Origin: Bigelowiella natans CCMP2755
Lineage: Eukaryota; Protista; Cercozoa
DNA: 64,000 nt
Assembly (NCBI GenBank): GCA_000320545.1
Contig: ADNK01000562.1
Coordinates: forward strand, 24,590-88,589
Direction: 5' to 3'
The notes under the pieces are model-generated. The model saw nothing but the letters and a program-made list of their open reading frames with translations, was not told where the DNA came from and did not search any database. How positions within the stretch are numbered: the stretch's first letter is position 1; each line of letters starts with the position of its first letter. Made by a program: the position numbers and the translations under genes. This document shows positions 23,974 to 34,480 of the stretch, piece by piece.

Positions 23974-26900
23974 TCAAAGTTCGCCCCGGATGATTCCTTC
24001 AAGTTCAATTGAGGCAGCAGCAAACTTGCGTATGCCCTCTGCGAGTTTATCGGTCGCCATAGCATCCTCGTTTAACATGAATCGGAATGTTTTTTTGTCC
24101 AGGCACATTTTGTCAAACTCTTCAATTTCAGCGAAATTTTTGCTTAATCTTTTCATGAGAGGTTCTTTGCACTCGCTCATTTGCTGCAAAAACTTCGGTC
24201 CTATCGTCAATTTATCACAACCAGCAAGCTCAATAATCTGTCCTCTATTACGAAATGAGGCTCCCATAACTATTGTCTTATATCCAAATTTCTTGTAGTA
24301 ATTGTAAATCTTCGTCACAGATTCAACACCAGGATCCCCCTTCCCATCCTTCCACTCCTTCCCTTCCTTTGCAGCATACCAGTCCATGATGCGCCCAACA
24401 AACGGAGATATCAAAGTGGCTCCAACTTCAGCGCACGCCACGGCTTGGCACATACTAAACAATAATGTCATATTGCAGTGGATGCCTTCTTTTTCGAGGA
24501 TTTCAGCTGCCTTAATACCTTCCCAGGTGCTTGCGATTTTTATCAAAACTTTCTTTGTAGGGTTGACTCCACGCTCCCTATACATTTTTACCAAAGAGCG
24601 TGCTTTGGCGACTGTAGCCTCGGTATCAAACGAAAGGCGAGCATCGACTTCAGTACTGACAACACCTGGAACAATCTTCGAAATTTCGACTCCAAAATTC
24701 ACAGCAAGCCGATCCATAGCTAGACTGACTATGGCTTCCAAAGATGAACCTTTTCCTTCTGATTTAGCATATTCTACAGCTTCTGATACGAGATGTTTAT
24801 ATGCTGGGAGCTTGCTTGCGCTAAGGATGAGTGAAGGATTTGTCGTAGCATCCACAGGTTTGTACTTCTTAATGGCCTCGATATCTCCAGTATCAGCCAC
24901 GATAATGGTGTACTGCTGAAGTGATTCTAATTGGTTCATCGGAAAATTACGAATTCCCCTTGGTATAGGTTTGTAGTGATGCTTTCGAATAATAGTTTCT
25001 AATTCAATTGAAGCTGCCGCAAATTTTCGAATACCTTCAGCCAGCTTTTCTGTTGCCATAGCATCTTCGTTTAGCATGAATCGGAATGTTTTTTTGTCAA
25101 TCGAAATCTTCTTAAAATCTGATGCAAGAGCAGATGTGGGGGCTAATTTTTGAAGAATGGGATCAGTACTTTCGCTCATTTGCTGCAAAAACTTCGGTCC
25201 TATCGTCAATTTATCACAACCAGCAAGCTCAATAATCTGTCCTCTATTACGAAATGAGGCTCCCATAACTATTGTCTTATATCCAAATTTCTTGTAGTAA
25301 TTGTAAATCTTCGTCACAGATTCAACACCAGGATCCCCCTTCCCATCCTTCCACTCCTTCCCTTCCTTTGCAGCATACCAGTCCATGATGCGCCCAACAA
25401 ACGGAGATATCAAAGTGGCTCCAACTTCAGCGCACGCCACGGCTTGGCACATACTAAACAATAATGTCATATTGCAGTGGATGCCTTCTTTTTCGAGGAT
25501 TTCAGCTGCCTTAATACCTTCCCAGGTGCTTGCGATTTTTATCAAAACTTTCTTTGTAGGGTTGACTCCACGCTCCCTATACATTTTTACCAAAGAGCGT
25601 GCTTTGGCGACTGTAGCCTCGGTATCAAACGAAAGGCGAGCATCGACTTCAGTACTGACAACACCTGGAACAATCTTCGAAATTTCGACTCCAAAATTCA
25701 CAGCAAGCCGATCCATAGCTAGACTCACTTGTTCTGATATATTTGCACATATCGTATGAGATCTTGCATATTCTACAGCTTCTGATACGAGATGTTTATA
25801 TGCTGGGAGCTTGCTTGCGCTAAGGATGAGTGAAGGATTTGTCGTTGCATCCACAGGTTTGTACTTCTTAATGGCCTCGATATCTCCAGTATCAGCCACG
25901 ATTTTGGTGAACTTATTAAGGGCGTCAAATTGGTTTCCCTTCGGTAAATGTGTAATATATTCGATATAGTGAAGATCGCGTTTTGCTGCAGCTTCAAATT
26001 GTGCTGCTACTGTAAATCCATGTTCTTTAATTTTAGCACCAGATTTTTCCAACCACTCTCTAACTGAAACGGCTATCTTTTCCGGCACAAACCCGAAATA
26101 TTCCATACAATCCTGTGAATTTTCACTTGTTATCTTTAAAGCTAGATTAAATCAGCATGATTGATTATTACCGATCCTTTGCCAGATACACCAAACGTCC
26201 TCATAACAATTGTATGATGAGCATACTTGTACCATCTAAGGAAGCATAATCACTTAATTGTAGAATTTCAAGGGGAAATTATTGAGAACCCGCTGGCAGC
26301 TGCAGCTTCAACAGCTATGATAGGTACTTTGAAAGGTAAAACTTGTCGACGATACTCAAGTGATTGCTCGTCAAAGAGCTTGGCACATGGCATCGAAACT
26401 ACTCCAATGTTTCCAAGAAGTTTGGCAGCCTCGAGGCATGTGCTAACTTCGGATCCAGTAGCGATTAGAATTGCATCAGGGTCCTAATGCATTTTTAAGT
26501 CATAGGCATTCTGAACTTTCGTGAACTGAAAGCACTACCTTTTGCTCTCTAAGAGTATAGGCACCTTTCGCTACATTTTCAATGCTGCTGCCATCTAGCT
26601 GGGGAAGTTTCTAATAGTTGAATATTTTAGGTGCAACGATACCGTGAGTATCATAAGATTTTATTTGTATGAATCCACCTGTCTACTTAAAGCAAACACA
26701 GAAGGTGTGTGTTGCTGCTCCATTGCAATTTTGTACGCCCCACTTGTCTCATTTCCTGTTTTGGATGCAAAATTTAAATTTGTTTGGTTTCAGAGGATTC
26801 ATGTTGTCACCATCTGCTGGACGAAACATGAGAACATTCGGAGTCATTCGGACCATATTCACCTAAAATATGCACACGTTGTCCGGTTGTGAGTCAATTT

Positions 26901-29611
26901 CAAATCTTTAGAAATCATTTGAAGCATATTGCTCACTTGCTCGATGGGCTGGTGTGTAGGCCCATCCTCTCCAATACCAAGAGAATCATGAGTCATAATA
27001 TATATGTGTTTATGTCCTGAGATAAGAAAGCTTTCAGCTGTGTGAGATGATTAACATTTTATTATTATACCACTAAGGGCAGCGAGACGCACAGCAGGGA
27101 ACATATATTCGATGAAAGTCAAGAACGTTGCAGTAAATGGGATGATTCCTAATTTGGCATTACAAACTCAGTGGTGATAGTCAAAATAGAAAGTTTTGAT
27201 TCTACCCCCGTAAGCATGAAGGCCATTCCCAATGGCACCCATTCCATGTTCACGAACACCGAATCGAAGGTACCTTCCCAAAGTCATAATTCAACTTCTT
27301 TGTAATAACAATTTGCTGCAGAGGCCGTCGTCTACCTTCCTTCGGGTGTCTTGCGTTGAAAATCCCCAGTACAATTAAGTTTAGTCTGCGTATGTATGGT
27401 TGTAAGCTGTAGAACAATGCAATAAATATTAGTTATGACAGGTAACAATTTTCTACTTTGTTTGAAGGTGTAAGGTCTGCAGAACCACCGACAAGTTCTG
27501 GCAGCACCTCGGCCAAGGCATTCAGTGCGGATCCAGAAAGAGAACGCGTTGCATTTGGTTTATCTTCGGGTGTGTACCTGGGTAATACTTTTTCCCAACC
27601 ATCTGGAAGCTTTCCAGCAAAACGGCGCTCAATTTCTGCTGCTTCCGTTGGATATTTCTCTTTATAACTTGAGAAAAGTGATGCCCATTCGGCAACAAGA
27701 CGGTTTCCTTCTTTCTTCTTCATGCGATATGCGTCTAGAACCTGATTAAGAATAACTTGCGTCCTGCTCTATGGGACGATATTCTAGATTACTTACTTTG
27801 GGAGGAACATGGAAGTTTACATTTGGATCGAATCCGAACCTTTCTTTCACCTAATTGTGAACGTATAATTTTTACTGTGTATAATTCATTTTCTTGAGTC
27901 TGTAGTTTGTTTGACCTTTGCAACATCTTCTGTCCCGAGAGGGGCGCCATGAACTTCATGAGTTCCTTCCTTCGATGATCCAAATCCAATTACTGTCTTG
28001 CATTTGATAATCGTTGGCATATGCTTCTCCTAAATCATGTCAAATATATGTCATACCCCCTTCCAGAATTGCATATTCGTATTAGCTTGCTAACTTGTTG
28101 TGCAATCTTGATTGCGGCCATGATAGCTTTTGTATCACGGTTGGCATCCAGCACCTAAAGTTTGTAGACAACAAAGCATTTAAGTTGTGAGTTGCAACTA
28201 TTTACAGTGATACAAAGTATGTGTAACCACCTCTAGCACTTGCCATCCGTAAGCTTCAAAACGTAACCCAACATCTTCGGTGAAACTCAAGCTTGTGTCC
28301 CCATCGATAGTAATATTGTTGTCGTCATAAAGGACGATTAACTACAGCATATCGAGCACATCAAGTAACATCAATTTATCCAACATGTACACAATACACA
28401 GTACTACCTTTCCCAGACCAAGATGTCCAGCTAGAGAACATGCCTCAGATGCAACTCCCTCTTGCATGCATCCATCTCCACAAAGAACATAGGTGTAGTT
28501 ATCAAAGATTTCAAATCCAGGTTTGTTGTACTTGGCCGCCATGTGCTTTTCAGCAATAGCCATGCCTATGGCATTGCTGATGCCTAGTTATTATCGCATG
28601 ATTCAAAGACTCATTTTCACTAAAGGCCTTAGAATGGACCTTGTCCTAGGGGGCCTGTACTAACCTCAATACCCTTCGTACAATGACGCTCAGGATGGCC
28701 TGGGGTACTTTAAAATCAAATGCAATGTCTAAGTTTGATTCTTATAAATTTAGTAAAAATAATGATAATACCGACTACAGCAAACCCGAAAATTCTGAAG
28801 GTCTTCCATACCAACACTATCGTATCCCGTAAGAAACATCATCAGGTATTGTAGAGCGCAGCTATGGCCGTTGGAGAGAACAAATCGATCTCTTCCGATC
28901 TGTAATAGCAGTCCACAATAACATATCAAACTTAAGGAACTGTGCGGTATATGCTGACAAAAAAGCTACCCAATCCGGATCTTGCGGAGCATATCGCATT
29001 ATTTCTCCCCAAAGCACGTGAGCCATTGCTGCCATCCCCATCGGGGCACCTAGTGAAAAGAAAATGAGGTAGTCTAAGTCGGCCTAATATTCATTCACCT
29101 GGATGTCCACAATTTGCCCTTTGCACAATATCGGCAGCAAGTGTGCGAACTGTTCCAATTTGCCGTTCCTGAACATAAACATGAATTTTATCACGATGCA
29201 AAGGATTTATTTGAATGTAATCGCACCATCAGGACGCAGTTTTTTTTATCTTCAAGCACCTGGAGAAGATCGATAGAGGGCAAATGTGTATGCTACATTT
29301 TCCATTATTAGCATTTGAACTCTGGACGACTACGTACCTCCTTCTTCGAATCAACTTGCAACAATTTTGGTACATCTACCGAAATTATTTCTATGACGTC
29401 ATTGAATTGTGATCTAAAGGGAGTCTTTACCATCGGAGGCTTTTGTCGCTTCTTGAGATTTACTGACAGTAGGTACGTCAGTAGTCTTAGCCCCTTCAAG
29501 TTTGTGCAATTGTTCATTTTTCTCTTTTCGTCGATAACTTTTCTTCCGGGGCGTGGTCTTATTGCCGGACTTTGCCTCCATGTCCTTCCAAAATCTCATT
29601 GCACTAGCCAT
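23974..29611 (-). CDS. TKT-TAL: Transketolase-transaldolase-transaldolase fusion protein
   Basis: About 20 short introns join TKT motifs ([98 protein letters not shown]). The last intron (26113-26171) leads into a 2.14-kb exon that starts with the TKT C-terminus [14 protein letters not shown] and runs without a stop through two full transaldolase domains ([42 protein letters not shown]). Confidence 0.93.
23977..25930 (-). repeat. Tandem 999-bp duplication encoding the two transaldolase domains
   Basis: 24173-24726 is identical to 25172-25725, and 24767-24903 matches 25766-25902 except for one base. The constant 999-bp offset also shows in the duplicated antisense ORFs at 24386/25385 and 24478/25477. 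Confidence 0.95.
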
Positions 29612-29741
29612 CTTGAAAGATCGAGCGGGGTGGGTAAATGGGTCTCAATTGAGAAAGATTTGGGGCTAGGGATTTGCACGACTTTCAATTTGAGCTAGGG
29701 TTTGAACACGTGATGGGAAAAAAAGCATCAGTGGGAAAGTA

Positions 29742-31305
29742 GTGCCTCCTCTCCCATTGTTTGATCCACAAGGAGCCATTTCTTCTCGCTAGATTTTGGA
29801 TGACATGTCGCACATCTCAAATCAAGGAGTTTTGCATCAGAGATCATCCACCAGAAAGAGACTTCAATTGCTTCTCTCTCTCTCTCTCTCTCAAACAGCA
29901 CAATCCTTTTCTGGTGGGTTTCATGAGCTGAATCTTGGGGAGGAGCTCCTGACCAGCAGTCACTGCAGTTTGCAATGGGTTCCCAAAATGGGGAGTGATT
30001 CCCAGTGGAAATCACAGCGACAAACAAGAGTCTCCACCTCTCACTTGCCAAACAGATCTAGCAGTGTGTGCAACGTGATTTCTCTGGCTCTCATCATCCT
30101 CCTCACGCGATTGGACTCATGGGCTCTTCGGCGGACAGGAACAAGTGAACCAAGTGCCTCTCGGACAGCAGAGTTCGCACGCACTTCGTGCTTGTCCAAA
30201 CTCGAACCACGACCGAGTTCGCGGATTGGCTCAGCAACCAGCACTGTGCAGCTGGCCAGCCTGGCAGTGTGAGCACGAATCGACTTTGCCAGTCTGAGCA
30301 GTCTGGCAGTGCTCACGAACCAGCCAGCTGGCCAGTGCCAGAGTGGCACTTCGTGTCTTCCAGCCTTTCGTTTGCGCCAGTCTCAGTCCAGCGGTGCGTC
30401 CTCTCTGGCTCTCCAGCTCCAGAGCTCTGGACCAGTGGAGAAAGATCAAGAGAACCCTGAAAGTGAAAAAATCGAAGGGACCAACTTGCAAGTCCAGAAG
30501 TGCACTTGAATCACAGTGAACCTTCAGTGCAGACGCTTGTCTCCAATGTTGGCACGCCTTGGGTTCTTGCGCGTGTGGTTTTCGGGTTTCCAGAACTGCG
30601 TCAATGCTCACGCCAGCACGCAGTGCTGCCAGTCTGGAGTTCACGTCAATGTTCAGTGTTCAATGCTGGAGTGTTCACCAGTTCAGTGCAGCAAACGTTT
30701 TCGTTTCACCAAAAAGTGAGCACACACGCGCTGCGTGTGCTGGTGCGTGGTGCGAAAGCAAGCCTGGGTGTGGTGGGAGAAAATCACGTTGCCCAGCCCT
30801 CCAGCGCTCGATGTGCATCAGCATGGCCAGATCAGCAGGTTGCACTTGAGAACTTTCAGATTTTGTGCATCGTTTTCCACACTTGCAAGCATCATGCAAC
30901 CTTGTGGCAAACCGCAGAATGGAAACTTTGTTCAACTCAATTTCAACCTCTTTGTTGAGAAACAATCATCTTTTTCTGAATGTGAAGGGGGAATCAGCGG
31001 ACAACTCAGACTGTGCTCCTGTCCTGGCGCCAAAATTGGAGAGAAGCGAATTCCTTGACGTGTCTGGAGGTGATCAGGGCAAGAGATTTGACTGATTGGC
31101 TCATTCACTTTCGCAAAAGAAGCATTTGTCCAAGTTGAAGTCCCTTTCGGGTGCGCTTTGACAAGTTTCGTGAAGATGAAGGAAATTTTCTCATCATCAG
31201 GCGGGGTGCGAGGCATGGCTAGAATCACTTCGGCTCCATGGCTGATCGAAATGTCTCGGTTCTGCAAGGCTGTTTCTCTTGTCTCCAAATTTCCGGGGTC
31301 AGATG
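29742..31305. other. TpA-void island
   Basis: Manual count of no TA from 30061 to 31219, and only three in 29742-31305, all in CTAG; CpG plentiful. Confidence 0.93.
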
Positions 31306-32063
31306 TGATTAACATGGTCCCGTTCTTTGAAATGTCTTTGAGCACAATTTCATCCTTGTCATGGGATTTCAGGATTTGGCAATGGAATCCACTGATCTCT
31401 CGTCTGTTCACTGGCAAGGTGCAACTAGCATGCCTTCCTAGCGTTATTTTTCCCTCGCACAGGTACATCGTGGATTGGAAGCCGTGTGTGGCGACTAATT
31501 TTCCCCATGGCTGAATTCCACCCCTCCGAATTTCCCTCTCCATCATTTGCTCAAGATGGCGCTCCTAAAGCCCCTGAACAAAGGATGATTAGTGAACGAA
31601 GCTTGTTTTGAACTATCGTCACCTTTAGTAATTTCTTCAATTTGATTGAAGATAAATATCTTGCAAGACTTCCCAACAGCATCTCGTCTGCTGAATATTC
31701 GAGAACGATGGAAGCGATCACAGAGCCCAGACCAAGTCGCGGCGGAATTGGGAAAGAAGAATCGGTAGTGGCTCGAGTCATAACTTTGCGTTTGGTCTTC
31801 TTCTTCCTGCATTGAGCCACCCTTCCACGTTTCCTATCTCGCATGCTACTCTTCTACTCAATAATGTTTTCGCATCTGGTGTCGTTCTCTCGTGGGTGGG
31901 TTGTGGAAGGGTTTCCCTCCTCGCAAGTTTTCAAGCAACAAGTCAATGTTTGGGTGTCGCAGTTTTGCATAATGCTGCATTCGTTACCTCTTGAAAAGGC
32001 TGGCTTTCTTCTTGTCGCTTTCGTGTATCTTCCTATGGTTTTTCCTCGCGACACTCCCTTCAT
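30675..32063 (-). CDS. FHA-domain protein (CHFR/Chk2-type FHA), possibly pseudogenised in its 3' half; ends uncertain
   Basis: QPWGKL..ITLGRHASC..ISGFHC..LKDISKNGT carries the FHA GR, S..H and NGT motifs. An upstream exon ..SIKLKKLLK splices in frame to ERHLEQMMERE. Confidence 0.7.
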
Positions 32064-32231
32064 GAAGTCAAATTTCTGCCGCTCAGCACAATCTGAATGA
32101 AACGGGAAAAGCGGGCTCCATTTCTAACAAGATCTCAATAATTTTGTTTGATTTCATTGTCGCAACAACAAAAACGTATATTTCGTCCGCGTCTTCCCTC
32201 CCCGCTTCCTCTCGATTGGGACATTGGGACA

Positions 32232-33851
32232 ATGTCGTCCGATAGAGAGAGCGAATCTAGCTTCGTCAGCAAAATCCGACCTCCCTCGAAAATCTATCAA
32301 AATGCCAATGTAATTTCAAATGATGGTTTTCGAAATGAAATTTGTACCCATGCATCAATAACCAGTCCATTGTCCCCACTAGAAGCATCGAAGTACTACA
32401 CCAGAACCACTATCTGCAACAAGAAGGCGTTCAAAAAGCACTCCGGAGAAGCCGTTAAAAGATGGATCAATGGGAGTACAAGAAACGAAATCATTTAAAC
32501 TTAAGGTTACTAAGCCGCGCAATTCGATCCATCCGTTGGTGAGCCCCAGATCAAAGACAGGAAAATCTACTATTCGCAGTCGATTAGCTGTTAATACCTC
32601 TAGGAAAAAACTTGGGAAGGGTGGCTTTCTCGTTGTGAATTCACCCAGAAGAGGTAAGAATATAATGAAAAACGTGAGGTTGCTACGTTCTCAATCTCTG
32701 GTTCGGCTTTCCAATGGTGGCTCTGGCAGCAAAAGCGAAAGGATTATCAGTACTGGAGATACATAGAGAAATTCATTCGTGATGACTGATTCTAATGTTT
32801 GTCATACATAGGTAAGGTAAGATCATCAACTACACCACGACGAAATATTTCAAAAGTTACGCTCATGCAAAATAGCAGAAGAAAAAAGATTGAGGTTTTA
32901 ACTCGTAACATTATTTGTTCATCAACATAAAAAGAGGATTCCTTGTATGTTCTAGGGTCGCGAGCGCTCAAAACCTAACCGCAAGAGTAAATCACCAACA
33001 CGGAGGTTGAGATCGCCGAAGAGTATTATCTCTCGAATTAGGAGGACAAAGAAAGTATTCAAGAGCAGATCCTCCGCTGTGAGTCCAGTTTCAAATCGAA
33101 TTATCACAGGAAAGGGATTGAATGATACTCTTGCACGTGCGAAGGAAAACAACTCCAAAATCCCAATGTTTTCCCGACATCGTTTGATGAACAGAAAATC
33201 AGAGTGCAATCCTACTGTCCAGTCAAAAGAAAAACAAGGGAACAAAATAGAACAGAAAGAAAGGAACGACGCTCCAAAACAATTGAAAGAAAATAAGTGT
33301 CCGGATAGAAATGACAGTAAATCAGAAGAACAACTACTTGAAAGGTTTTTAAACGATGCTACAAGCCATTTTGCGTCGGAAACAAATGATGATTCTAAAA
33401 TTGAGCAAAAGACTGATAATACACAAGACGTTCGTAAGAAATCAATAGATGATGCAGATTCATATTGGAATTGGAAGATAAGGTATGATGTATGATCTAA
33501 TACTGTATTTTATTGCTTATGTTGAGGCAACGGATGACGGAAGCATGCTTGCTATTTAGTGAAATCCTTGAGAGGAAGAAACTGCTTGAAGCTGAAATAA
33601 AGATTCTTGATCATGAAAATGTGATCCTACGGTATGAAGCCCAACAGTTAAAAGTTGAAAATGCCGCTATGAGAAGTAGCAGCATTGGTCGTGGAAGTTC
33701 TGCTGGAAGAAGCGCAGCAGGCACTGCAATGTCAGAAAGAATTCGTCTGAAGAAGGAAATTTTGGAGGTTAAAAAAATGGTAGAAGCAAAAAAGGATGAA
33801 ATGCTGATGGCAACACGTGGAGGTAGAAGTAGCAGTGTAACCGCTATGTGA
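32232..33851 (+). CDS. Ser/Arg/Lys-rich low-complexity protein with C-terminal coiled coil, function unknown
   Basis: Short introns link MSSDRESESSFVSK.., KHRSTTPEPLS..MGVQETK.., RSPKSIISR.. and EILERKKLLEAEIKILDHENVILRYEAQQLKVEN. Confidence 0.6.
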
Positions 33852-33899
33852 ACTCTGATAATTCATCTATCGAAACGTTTGTGTGCTACGTAGCTCCGA

Positions 33900-34470
33900 T
33901 CTATGAGATAAATGTGTGCATGGATTCAGTCATGCATGCCGTACAACGTGCGTATCATGCACATGTCTGGATGTGTGAGATTTGGAATGGCCAGCTTTAA
34001 AGCTTTGAAAAATGTCTAGATATGCATGACATGCTAGCTAGTCTAGTAGTGCTCAACATCGATCTGCACGGCCTACTAGCCTTAGCTAGCTAGCTAGCTA
34101 GGCGCAAAATCTGTGAAATGAGTTCTAGAGCTAGCAGGCGCAATGCTAGAATCGTGTAGTTCATCATGTTGTTGTGCATGCTACATCACCTCTTCTAGCT
34201 AGCTATGCTAACTGCCATAGACTGCCGGGTGGTCAATGCTAAATGCTAGCATGTGTGATGAGTTGCATGCTAGCATGTCTAGATGTGCACTGTTAGACTG
34301 GTCTAGTGGTGCACGTGACACTAGAACGGACGAATGCACACAAATCAAACGATTTGCAAAGCGCATCTTCAGTTTGATGAACATGATGGCAAACTAGCTA
34401 GCTAGGCTTAGGCAACTAGCAACCTTGCACACCACATTGAGGACTTCACATGTAGCCTTTCTAGCTTTTC
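33900..34470. other. CTAG-rich, partly TpA-depleted intergenic tract between convergent genes
   Basis: Dense CTAG/GCTAGC (for example TAGCTAGCTAGCTAGCTAGG near 34083-34102) plus CATG/TGCA; most TA are in CTAG. Confidence 0.75.
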
Positions 34471-34480
34471 TGCTTCAACA

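Noticed and set aside
23936-25759. Plus-strand ORFs over the transaldolase exon (and 5763-6480, 10995-11474)
   Set aside because: Antisense shadows of real minus-strand genes.
23974-26106. 710-aa ORF as a stand-alone double transaldolase starting at Met 26106
   Set aside because: Its first residues are the transketolase C-terminus, and an in-frame AG acceptor sits 6 nt upstream.
29728-31095. Dense overlapping ORFs in many frames (also 22250-23700 and 20726-21165)
   Set aside because: Loss of TA removes TAA/TAG stops and Tyr codons, which inflates ORF length. The products are His/Cys/Gln/Trp-rich with no recognisable domains.
29742-31305. CpG methylation decay or fungal-type RIP as the cause of the TG/CA excess
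   Set aside because: CpG remains frequent and TpA is lost rather than gained.
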